From Octopus sinensis (taxonomy: Eukaryota): a stretch of 64,000 nucleotides of DNA. Where the stretch lies: assembly GCF_006345805.1 (NCBI RefSeq), contig NC_043011.1, forward strand, positions 41,676,464-41,740,463. Direction: 5' to 3'. The notes beneath the pieces are model-generated. The model was not told where the DNA came from. It saw only the letters and a list, made by a program, of their open reading frames with translations, and made no database searches. Positions within the stretch are counted from its first letter, which is position 1, and every line of letters begins with the position of its first letter. The position numbers and the translations under genes were made by a program. Below are positions 38,255 through 49,448 of the stretch, in pieces.

Positions 38255-38652
38255 TACTCTTTTACTTGTTTCAGGCATTTAACTGTGGCCATGCTGGAGC
38301 ACCACTTTTAGTTGAGCAAATCAACTATTCTTATTCTTTGTAAGCCTAGTACTTATTCTATTGGTCACTTTTGCCAAACCACTAAGTTAAGGGGACGTAA
38401 ACACACCAGCATCAGTTGTCAAGCGATGTTGGGGGGACAAACAGACACACAAACGTATACACACACACATACATATATATATACATATATACGATGGGCT
38501 TCTTTCCATTTCCATCTACCAAATCCACTCACAAGGCTTTGGTCGGCCTGTAGCTACAGGAGAAGACACTTGCCCAAGGTGCCATGCAGTGGGACTGAAC
38601 CTGGAACCATGTGGTTTGTAAGCAAGCTACTTACCACACAACCACTCCTACA
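38255..38652 (-). mobile_element. SINE family A
   Basis: Full-length reverse copy. Confidence 0.88.
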
Positions 38653-39239
38653 CTGATTATTATTAATATTATTTTTTTTGTTTTGTAATCTCTTGAAACT
38701 ACCGGCCTTGTGCCAAATTTGGAAGCCGTTGCCATTGATATGGTGAGCTGGTAAAATCATAACTACACCTGGCAGCATTTCATCCATCTTTTAGGTTCTG
38801 AGTTCAAATTCCGCTGGGGTTGACTTTGCCTTTAATCCCTTCAGGGTCAATAAAATAAATACCAGTTATGCACTGGGGTCGATGTGATCAACTTACCCGC
38901 TCATCCGAAATTACTGGCCTTCTACCAAAATTTGAAACCATTATCATTTTAAATATTCATCTTTCTACGGCCTCAGTTTTTTTTTTTCCCCAACTATATT
39001 TTTAAAAATAATTATGTTGTCAGTTTGTTAAATAAAAGTAACTGTCTTTATTGTTTATATTTACATTTGAAATATAAATCAACATTTTGTTGTCCAAAAA
39101 ACTTGTAACCCCCTTCCCCCCAAAAAAAACACACACAATCAACACTATATCAAAATATGGCTCTCTTAATTTTCTCTTTCATTTTCATGATTAGAGACTT
39201 TTTTTATTATTTGTATGCTACATATATTAATATATTTAT

Positions 39240-39460
39240 TAATGTTTACTACTACTACTACAACTACTACTGCTAATAATAATAATAATAATAATAGTAA
39301 TACTAATAATGGCATCATCAACAACAATACCACTATTACTAGCACAACCACCACCACCATCACCAAACAGCACTGTCACCACCACCACAACTACTACAAC
39401 CATTACTACTACTACTACTACTACCATCACCAAACAGCACCGTAACCACCACCACCACCA
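39240..39460. repeat. Compound (ACT)/(AAT)/(CAC) microsatellite
   Basis: Direct reading. Confidence 0.9.
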
Positions 39461-40217
39461 ATCTTATTTTGGTAACAAAAAAATGGAATCAATAGTTTGG
39501 TTTCAATAAGTTTGCTATTGCCATATTTGTCATATAATTATTATTGTTGCTGTTGTTGTTGTTGTCTAATGGTGGTGGTGTTATGATTTTTCTGGTTGCT
39601 TTTATTATTATTATTATTGTTATTATTATTATTATTGCAGTGTCTCAAATCATTAGAATTTTCAGTTCCTTTTGTTAGGTTTCATTATTTTGAAGTTTCC
39701 TTTTTAAGGGTAGGTGGGTGGGGTGGGGGTGGAGTCGTTTTGTTTTTTTGGGGTTTTTGTTTTGCTTTCATCTTAGTCTCCTCCCTCCCCCACCTCATTG
39801 CCGCCACTTTCAATTTGTAGAATGTCTTTGATAGAATTATACATGTAAATATGATGAGCCCAAAAGATGTGCACGCACACACACACACACACACGCACAC
39901 ACATACACATGCACACACATCTTGTATGATGTCCTCCAGGTTTTCTCTTGCAGGAACCAGCTAACAAGATAGCTGTAACACATATTTTAACATTCTTAAA
40001 GCGTGAGGAGCGCCACTGCTTAAATCTAGTTTATTTATTGTGAAACAGATAGAAGAGTGAGAGAGAGAGAGAGAGAGGGGACCTGCCTGCAGGGAACAGT
40101 GGGAGGAGTAAAACCTGTAGGGAGAAGATAAAAATGAGAATGTTCCATAAGAGTGTGAAGGGAGATGTTTAGATGCAGCCGAGAAATGTTGAGAGGACAC
40201 AGAGGAGTTAAAGTGAA

Positions 40218-40470
40218 AGTATGTTAAAGTGATAGTATGTTATGATAGTTCCATGAAAGGGAAGAATGCTACTGTTATTTAGCCCTAGGAAACACCGTTT
40301 CCTTTTGGACTTGACACATTTCCCGTGTCCTTATGTTTTCAAAGTAGAGACAGGAAATGCGTCAAGCCCAACAGGAAATGGTGTTTCCTAGGGTTAAATA
40401 ACAGTAGCCTTCTTCCCTTTCGTGGAACTGTCACATTAAGTTGACAACATGCTATCACCTTATCATGCTG
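40218..40470. mobile_element. Fold-back MITE with an ~80-bp near-perfect core stem
   Basis: 40248-40329 is the inverted complement of 40349-40428. Confidence 0.85.
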
Positions 40471-40809
40471 CTACTGCATAAATCTCTCCAAGAGATTTAG
40501 AAATGTATTATTTCTACAGAGGAGTTAGCTGTGAGGGTGAATGCTGTCTACTCTGGATATAATCACATTCATGTATTTTTGCTCATGAAAAGTGTAGCAA
40601 TAATCGGAATTACTGCAGAACAGTGTAAAAATAGGGGAAAACAATTGCTAGGACATGAAAAGTTGTGATAGTCTTGTGTCTGTAAGTGCACAGTGTGATT
40701 GTGTTGTGTGTGTGTATTGTAACTGTGTTGTGACTGTGGGTAAGGTGTGATTGTGTTGTATCAAAGTGTAATATATGTATGATGTGTTTGTGTCTGTAAT
40801 TTTGATGTG

Positions 40810-41135
40810 GCGGTTAGAGCATCGGGTTCACAATCATGAGGTAGTGAGTTCAATTCCTGGACCTGGTTATATGTTGTGTTCTTGAGCAAGTCATTTTATT
40901 TCACATTGCTCCAGTTCACTCAGTTGTAGAAACGAGTTGCAACATCACTGGTGCCAAGCTGTATCAGCCTTTGCCTTTACCTTGGAGAACATCAGTGGCA
41001 TTGAGAGGGGACACTAGTATGCATGTGCGACTGCTGGTCCTCTATAGAAACAACCCTGCCCAGACTTGTGCTTCAGAGGGGGACTTTTTTTGGGCAATCT
41101 CATAATCATTCATGACTGAAGCGGGGTCTTTACCC
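40810..41135 (+). mobile_element. SINE family C
   Basis: Same as 36866-37200, older. Confidence 0.85.
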
Positions 41136-41258
41136 TGTGACTGTGTTGTGTGTTTTGTCACTGTTGTAGTGTATCATATTACTGACAGTCTTTGTAAGAG
41201 TTAGATGCAATTGTAAGTGCAAGAGTGACTGCTGTGTGTGTAAATGTATGCTGTGGCT

Positions 41259-41672
41259 GTTTGTTTGTTTTTGTTTGTTTGTTGAGCGAAGCGGTCTTCA
41301 TCCCAGAGCTCGCAAGATCACACCTCAGGATTTCTGTAGAAGTCCGAAACGTGGTCCTTTGCTATTCGTAAGACCCACAGAAGAGAAAGCAGGTCAACCC
41401 CCCGACACCGAGAGCATCGATGGATGGATGAATGCGCATCCAGGCTCAGCAGTTGCATAGGAAGTTGGGGACAAGAAACAGGAAGAAAGAGTGAGAGAAT
41501 GTTGGAGCGAAAGAGTACAACAGGGTTCACCACCACCACCCCCTGCCAGAGCCTCATGGAGCTTTAGGTGTTTTTGCTCAATAAACACACACAATGCCTG
41601 GTTTGGGAATTGAAACCGCAGTCCTCTGACTGCGAGTCCGCTGCCCTAACCACTGGGCCATTGCGCCTCCAC
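41259..41672 (-). mobile_element. SINE family D with tail Y and a (CAAA)n end
   Basis: Head shared with 21885 for ~190 nt, then an unrelated CpG-rich 3' half. Confidence 0.85.
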
Positions 41673-41988
41673 TTGCCGTGGCTGTGTGGTGCATGTGTGA
41701 TGTTGCTGTGATGTGTGTATGATGTGGCTGTGCTGTGACTGTGTGTGTTAGGTGGAATTCTGTTGTATATGGATAGTGTGACAGTGTTTGTAACTTTGAC
41801 GTAACTGTTGTGTCTGTAAGTGTCAGATATGGCTATGACTGTTGTGTCTGTGTTAGATGTCACTGTGTTGTGACATCTAAGTGTAACATACTCCTGATAG
41901 TGTTTGTAAGTGTTGGATGTGTAGTGTGATGGAGGAGGACAACAAGAAAAAGAAGCAAATGGGAGAAAGAAATACAAAAGAGCCTTAC

Positions 41989-42065
41989 CTGTTGACCTCG
42001 GCGAAATCAGCGGTCGCTCTCACGAATTCAACACGTCTTGTCTCTCCGCCGTCTTTGCTCGAACT
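41989..42065 (-). ncRNA. Candidate 77-nt non-coding first exon
   Basis: Starts at the Inr A (42065), contains no ATG, ends CAACAG|gtaagg, followed by a pyrimidine-rich intron; 11 CpG in 41991-42100. Confidence 0.6.
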
Positions 42066-42097
42066 GACCACACGTGCTTCCTGACCACACGTGCTTC
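42033..42097 (-). promoter_or_regulatory. Inr + DPE core promoter with two tandem CACGTG E-boxes
   Basis: TCAGTT (+1 = 42065), G at +24, AGACGT at +28..+33; 17-bp tandem unit GAAGCACGTGTGGTCAG at 42064-42097. Confidence 0.65.
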
Positions 42098-42445
42098 CTG
42101 CCCATGCATGCCCCTGTCCCTCTTCTGCTGGCCCCTGCAAGCCTTACTTCTGTCCACCTCATCTGCAATCCCCTCCACCAACACCACATAGCTCCTTCAC
42201 AGCCCATAACACTACTAACACTACAGGATGAAAATGTGTTGTCTACAAGTGTAACTCTAAGTGTATACTCTTTCTCCATTCAGCATTCATTTCTCCAATC
42301 TAGTATGGGTTAGACAGGGTGTTATCTAAGGCCTTGTTTTAAATCTGGATGCCCCTCCTTTCGCCAGCCCTTACCTGATTTCTCAAGTAAGGAATCCATA
42401 ATCTTCACCAGAAGTGTAGGTAACTCCTTTGTGGCCATAAACGTA

Positions 42446-42463
42446 GTCACATGATCACATGAC
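42446..42463. promoter_or_regulatory. Two abutting TCACATGA (M-box/CLEAR-like) motifs
   Basis: gTCACATGATCACATGAc, ~390 bp upstream of the candidate TSS. Confidence 0.35.
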
Positions 42464-43919
42464 TATGTACAGATTGATTCCGTTTGACCATTAACTTTTG
42501 TATGGAGATAATGGTAAAATGAAAGATCCAAGTTGAAAGTGACCTGTTAAACAACAAAGCTGATGGTTGGTGCCAATGAAAAATTTCTTGAAAACCTAAC
42601 CTTTTCACTTCAGTAGCTTTTCAACATAGAAAAAGATATTTTTGCCACACCATAACCTTTTAACAATTCTTTTTGATTTAATTTTCCTTTGAAATCTCAT
42701 TTTTATTTATTTATTTAGTTTCATTTTTTGTGGGTTTTTTTATGGTTTTAGTATTTTGACATTGGAAAAAATTTTTTCCATTTAAAAATACTTTGTTTTT
42801 TCCAAAATAATATTTAAATTGATGACATCATTGTTTAATTTTGTCAAATATTATGTTAAAGAGGTAATGTTATTACTGTGTTGCGTTGTGATACTGGTGT
42901 GTGTGTTGTTAGTGTGGAGCGTTGTTGTTGGTTGCCATGGTGTTACTGTTGGTTGGTTGTGTTGTTGGTCTGACTGTTGTATCATCAGTGTGCTGTTTTG
43001 TTGGTGTGGTGCATTTTTACTGCTATGAGTTGTTAGTATTCTACATGGTTGGTGTGATAGTGATATGTTGATAGTGTGCTATGCTGTTTGTGCCATGTGT
43101 TGAACTGTTGTACAAATGTTGTGTGGTGGTGATTGTTAGTGAGATGAATCATTGTTAATTTACTGTGTTGTTAGTCAGTTGTGATGCTGGTGTGCTGTGT
43201 TGTTATTGTGATGCATTGTTTCCCAGATTTGTTGTTAGTGTGGTGTGGTGTTAGTGCTGTTGTTAGCCAGCTGCATTGTCAGTGTGCTCTGTTGTTAACC
43301 AGCCGTGTTGTTAGTGTGATGTGATGTTATTTTTGTTGTTAGGCATCTCTTTTGTTAACCACCTGTGTTGTTAAGTATCTCAGATCTTTTCTATTGCTGT
43401 CACAGTTTTTGAAATTTTAAAATCCAGTGAAAATTTTCAAATTTGGTATATTGGTGTCATTTTTCATGCTGAATCTGATTTTGTTATTCACCTGTTCCCA
43501 AAAAATTTTAGAAGAATGTTGCAGGGCTCTATTATTAAGCACCGCAGTCATTAGTCTGCAGTTTTGTGTGATGTCTTGTGTTGTTTGTGTGCTTGGTTGT
43601 TAGGCAGCTGTGTTATTATATTGTACAAATGATGTGTGTTATCGGTGCACAAGAACTTAGTGTTGTTTCCTAAATCTCTGTCAGTTCATTGGTTGAAATA
43701 TTCCACCTGCTGATATTGATTCCATCATATTGTTTGATCAGCCTTCTACCTGTCGATAGATCTCCAATTGTTATTGATGAAGTATATGCTTATCTTCATT
43801 GCATGTGTCGTGTGTTTTAAAGATGAGAAAGAATTGAAGCAAGATTCGGCACATCATGTAACAGGATTGGAAATTTTTTTTTTTTATCGGTTCTGAAATT
43901 GGGTGTTTCTTTTATCTTT

Positions 43920-44282
43920 CTTTTACTTGTTTCAGTCATTAGACTGCTGCCATGCTGGAGCACCACCTTGAAGAATTTTAGTTGAACAAATGCACACCAG
44001 TACTTATTTTCTTCTTTTTTTTTTTTTAGCCTGGTTCTTATTATATCAGTCTCTTTTGCTGAACTGCTAAGTTACAGCAATGTAAACACACCAACACTAA
44101 CTGTCAAGTAGTGGGAGTGGGGGGGGAGACACACACACACATACACACAATGGGCTTCTTTCAGTTTCCATCTGCCAAATCCACTCACAAGATTTTGGTT
44201 GGCCCAAAGCACCACACAGTGGGACTGAATCCGGAACCATGTAGTTGGGGAGCAAGGTTCTTACTACATAGCCACACATGCA
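43920..44282 (-). mobile_element. SINE family A
   Basis: Reverse copy with a small internal deletion. Confidence 0.85.
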
Positions 44283-44414
44283 CCTGTTTGGTAAATTCCA
44301 ATTTCTGACAAAATGAATGAAGATTGTAAACACACCGAAATGTAAAATGTCTACTTTCAAGATTGACTCTGTCTTTTGCTACCATATTTCTAATGAGCAC
44401 TAGGGTTAAAGGGT

Positions 44415-44742
44415 AAAAACCCCTTTGCTCATGAATGACTATGGGATTGCACCTGGAAGGCTTCCCTCTAAGGCACAAGTTCAGACAAGGTTGTTTATGG
44501 AAGACCAGCAGTCACCCATGCATCCCAGGCTCCCCTCTCTATGCCACTGATATTATCCAAGGGAAAGGCAAAGACCGATACAGCTTGGCACCTGTGACCT
44601 TGCAACTCATTTCTACAGCTGAATGAACTGGAGTAACGTGAAATAAAGTGTCTTGCTCAAGAACACAACACATATCCCGGTCCGAGAATCAAACTCACTA
44701 CCTCATGATTGTGAGTCCGATGCTCTAACCACTGAGCCATGC
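44415..44742 (-). mobile_element. SINE family C
   Basis: Reverse complement of the 36866 pattern. Confidence 0.85.
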
Positions 44743-44892
44743 TAAGTGTATATGTAAAAAGGCAATAAGTGTAGATGTAAAAAGGCAATAAGTGTAGATG
44801 CAAACAGGCAATAAGTGTATGTGCAAATAGGCAATTGTGTATGTGCAAATAGACAATAAGTGTAGATGCAAATAGGCAATAAGTGTAGATGT
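44743..44892. repeat. 23-bp minisatellite, about six copies
   Basis: aaa(t/c/a)aggcaataagtgtagatgc units. Confidence 0.9.
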
Positions 44893-45281
44893 TAGTAAAC
44901 AAGAAGTGTGGAGAAATGGTCAGTGAGTGTACATGTGAATAGTGAGAACAGTTGCAACTCTAAATGTGACACTAATTATAATCTTGCTCTATTATTTAGG
45001 TTCCAGAACAAAATTTGGTCTGTCATTATGTTTACTTTATGGTCAGTGCTAACTGCAATTTCCTGGCAATCATTGTCTTCGTACAATGTACTGTCAAAAT
45101 ATAGTTGAGCCGGCTATTGAGGCAAACTGAGTTTGAAAACAGTGTGGCCACTGTTTCTCTTTCTCCTCATACGAATCTTCTTCTCTCTTCATGTGTCACT
45201 TACTGACTCTCTCTCTCTCTCTCTTTACTTCTTCTCTCCCTCTCCTCACCTCTCTCTCTCTTATTTTTCCTGCATATGTTC

Positions 45282-45650
45282 ATTCACTTGTTTCAATCAG
45301 ACTGCGACCATGCTGGGGCACAGCCTTGAAAACTTTCACTTGGTTGAATCAACCCCAGTATTTATTTGTTAAGCCTGGTACTTATTCTATCCATCATTTT
45401 TGCCAAACTGCTAAGTTACAGAGACCTACACACACCAACACTGGTTGTCAAGTGGTGGTGGGTGACACACACACACATACACAAACAGCAGGTTTCTTTC
45501 AGTTTCCGTCTACCAAATCCAATCACAAAACTCTGGTTGGCTCGAGGTTATAGAATAGAACACTTCTCTAAGATGCCATACAGTGGGACTGAACTTGGAA
45601 CCATGTGGTTGAGAAAAAAAATTTCTTACCACATAGCCACACCTGTGCCT
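45282..45650 (-). mobile_element. SINE family A
   Basis: Reverse copy. Confidence 0.85.
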
Positions 45651-45955
45651 GTATATACCTATATATGGAAATTATATAGAGTAAGAAAGATTATTTAAGA
45701 GCCTCACACCAATACCAGTGGTTTCATATTGTCTCTTTGTTTGCCACTCGTTATTCACACAGAGAACATGACTGACATCCTTCTACTCAGCTAAAGGTAT
45801 GACAGTGGGAGTAGGAGATGACTGTCCAAGCACCTTGCAGGTGCTCATTGCACCTGCGTAGACTGAAGTAATGTGAAATGTGGTGTTTTTCTCAAGTATT
45901 CGATCATGAGTTAAATACCCTAACCACCAAGACGTACTTTACATATATATATATA

Positions 45956-46116
45956 GGTGCAGGAGTGGTTGTGTGGTAAGAAGCTTGCTTACCAACCACA
46001 TGGTTCCAGGTTCAGTCCTACTGCGTGGCACCTTGGGCAAGTGTCTTCTACTGTGGCCTCGGGCCGACCAAAGCCTTGTGAGTGGATTTGGTAGACGGAA
46101 ACTGAAGAAGTCAGTC

Positions 46117-46162
<46 letters not shown>

Positions 46163-46350
46163 TATACATACATATACACACACACGTGTGTGTGTGTGTA
46201 TTTATGTGTTGGTGTGTTTACATCCCTGTAACTTAGCAGTTTGGCCAAAGAGACTGATAGAATAAGTCCTGGGGTCGATTTTTTTCAACTAAAGGCAATG
46301 CTCCTGCATAGGTGCATTCGAATGACCGAAACAAGTAAAAGAATAAAAGA
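45956..46350 (+). mobile_element. SINE family A, inverted to 45282-45650
   Basis: Forward copy ~300 bp away. Confidence 0.85.
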
Positions 46351-46669
46351 ATATATATAATACATGTGTATCAGTACTGTCCAACCCATGCCAGCATGGA
46401 AAATGGACGTTAAACAACGATGATGATGATGATGTGTGTTACCGTCTCCTTGCCTTGACATCATGTGACAGTTGTAAACAAGAGTCACCACCATGCAAAC
46501 AGTGACCTTTGTTTCCAATCTTCGTTGTAAACATGTCTGGTCATGGAGAAATATTACCTTACTTGGAAACAGGAGAGGTTTGGTGACAGGAAGAGCATCC
46601 ACACATAGAAAATCCACATAAGCAATTCTGTCAAACCGTTGCAGGCATGAAAAAGAGTAGTTAGAATAA

Positions 46670-46706
<37 letters not shown>

Positions 46707-46972
46707 AAACATAAATACATATATGTATGTATGTATGTGTGTGTATATATGCATGTATGTGTGCGTGTATATGTATGTGTGCGTGTATATGTATGTGTGT
46801 GTGTGTATATATATATGTATGTGTGTGTGCATGTATATATATATATATATGTATGTGTGTGTGCATGTATATATATATATGTATGTGTGTGTGCATGTAT
46901 ATATGTATGTGTGTGCATGTATATATGTATGTGTGTGTGCATGTATATATATATGTGTGTGTGCATGTATAT

Positions 46973-47006
<34 letters not shown>

Positions 47007-47245
47007 CATGTATATATATATATGTATGTATGTATGTGTGTGTGCATGTATATATATATGTATGTATGTATGTGTGTGTGCATGTATATATATATATGTA
47101 TGTATGTGTGTGTGTGTGCATGTATATATATATATGTATGTATGTGTGTGTGTGTGCATGTATATATATATGTATGTATGTGTGTGTGCATGTATATATA
47201 TATGTGTGTATGTGTGTGCATGTGTATATGTATGTATGTGTATAA
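46670..47245. repeat. Higher-order alternating purine-pyrimidine minisatellite
   Basis: Recurring gcatgtatatatatatgtatgtgtgtgt unit. Confidence 0.95.
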
Positions 47246-47316
47246 ATGTTTGTGTTTACACAGAATGCATATGTATGATAGTAATAATTTTTACATACGC
47301 GCATGCCTATATAAAC

Positions 47317-47755
47317 CTACATTTCCATCATTCTCTTCCCCATTGTGGAAGGCTGGAATCAATATTTCCCATTGAGCTCTTCCAAATCGGATCAAACTCC
47401 ACTGATTGACTTTTAAATATAAAATACTCTTTGCCAAAGAACAAGGTGACAGCACAGACTCGGTTTTCAGATAATTGTCTTTGACAGACCAAATAATTTC
47501 CTTTGTCACTTCCATCGCTAACAGAAATATACACAACAAGAAAACAACGAAATAAATTTAAATAGAAAGAACAAAAACAAAGCTAATAGATGGCAAGAGG
47601 AGGAGGAGGAGGAGAAAGAGAATAGAAGAATTTAGCTTCCAATTCTCTAATATTTACCATTTTCTCCAAGACATTCTGCAGTCTTCTTCCATCTGCTGCA
47701 TTGCCTGTTGTTCTTGCTTTGAATGAATGTTGTTTTATTGATTCATTTTGTAGTC
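47317..47755 (-). CDS. Candidate two-exon segment (47755-47658, 47517-47317), product unknown
   Basis: gttgtag|ACTAC..AAATG|gtaaat, 140-nt T-rich intron, tttctgttag|CGATG; a spliced frame is open throughout (LQNESIKTT...MEVTKEIIW...ENDGNV) and a second frame is also open across exon 2. Confidence 0.3.
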
Positions 47756-48180
47756 TACAACAGCAAATGTGTGGGATGTAGTGCAGTGGTGGTGTGTAGC
47801 CATATGCAGGAGGTAGCGTGTTGCTGTATTAGTAAGTTTTAGTGTGTAAGCATTGTAGTGGTGTGTAGTATGTGGCTGTTAAGTGTAGTGTATAGGGTGT
47901 AGCATGTAGCTGTGTAAAGGATGTAGTGGATAATGTATAGGCTGTGGTGTGCAATGTGTGGCATGTAAACTATAATGTGTAGCCGTGTGAAGGATGTAGT
48001 GTATAACTGAGTAAGCTGTGTAGTTGTGGTGTGTGGGGTGGAGCTGAGTGTAGGATATAGTGTATAGCTGTGGTAGTGTGCTTGTTTTTGTGTTTAGTAT
48101 TGTAGTGGTGTGTTATGTGTAGTGCGTAGATTGTAGCATGTAATGTGTAGGATGTGGGGTGTCATATATGGGGTGTAGAC

Positions 48181-48409
48181 CAGTGATTCTGAACTGTGGA
48201 TCCCCAGGTCACATGTGGCTCCCAGGGCCACATGTGACCCTCAAGCATCCTTCCAATGGCTCCTGACAGTCTCCCCTCTTTAAATATAATAAATGTTTCT
48301 TTAATTGACTTGTGTTTCACTTTTTTCATTTTTTATGGTGTGGCCCCTTAAAAAAAAATCCAGGTTTTGGATCTGGCCCCAAATATTAATAAGGTTGAGG
48401 ACCAATGGA
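48181..48409. mobile_element. hAT/Charlie-type MITE
   Basis: TIRs cagtgattctgaac ... gttgaggaccaatg. Confidence 0.7.
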
Positions 48410-48504
48410 TGCAGACTGTAGCCATATGAAGGATGTAGGCCATAATGTGTAGGGGCTGTTGTGTGGGGGGTTCAAATGGTGTATAATGTGAATGTGTAAG
48501 GTTA

Positions 48505-48985
48505 AGGTGCATGGTTCAATGGTTGGAGTATCAGGCTCAGTCATGAGATAATGAGTTCAATTCCCAGACAGGGCTGTATGTTGTGTTCTTGAGCAAGACA
48601 TTTTATTTCACGTTGCTCCAGTTAACTCGGCTGTAGAAGTGAGTTGCGATGTCACTGGTGCCAAGCTGTATCAGCCTTTGCCTTTCCCTTGGATAACATC
48701 AGTGACATGGAGAGGGAAGGCTGGTATGCATGGGCGACTGCTGGTCTTCCACAAACAACCTTGCCCAAACTTGTGCCTTGGAGGGTAACTTTCTAGGTGC
48801 AATGAGTTGTACATGTAAATCAAAAGGTTGGCCTTGTCAAATTCTGCGTCGCACTGAACCTCCTTGAGAGCCACGTAAAGTGTTACGTGTGTCTGTGGAG
48901 TGCTCAGCCACTTGCTCATTAATTTCCCAAGCAGGCTGTTTCATTGACCAGATCAAATGGAACTCTCTTTGTCTGACAGAGTGCT
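48505..48985 (+). mobile_element. Chimeric SINE: family C body + tail X
   Basis: Follows family C to ctaggtgcaat, then switches to the tail of the 21885 copy. Confidence 0.75.
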
Positions 48986-49448
48986 AGGCCAGGCCAGGAG
49001 TGTCACTAGCATGGCTACTTTATCTTATTCTGAGGTTTTCAATCTTACGTACTTGTTCAATTTTTCTTTATCACATGTATTGATCCAGCTGTTACTGTCT
49101 TCTTGTTGTTTAATTCTGAGCTCAAGTACTACGAAGGCCAACCTTGCCTTTCATCCTTTCGAAGTTCAGTAAAAATCAAGCAGCACTTAAATACTGAGAT
49201 CAATGTAAACCACTTCCCCTCAGAACTGTTGGTCTTCTACAAAAATCAGAATCAGTCAGCATCATCATCATCAGTATTATTTTTATTATTATTATTATAG
49301 ATGTCATACAGTATGCAATATCGTGAGGTTGTTGATTGAAGATGTTGTGTCTACCAGGGGTTTGTACTGTTTGTCAAGTCACAACAATCCTTATATAAGA
49401 TACCAATGCTGTTTGAGGAAGAATTATTATTATTATTATTATTATTTT

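Noticed and set aside
41989-42134. Reading the first-exon region as coding (GPAEEGQG...TRRVEFVRATADFAEVN)
   Set aside because: No in-frame ATG, a poor upstream acceptor and exact Inr/DPE spacing favour a non-coding first exon, though an internal-exon use is not excluded
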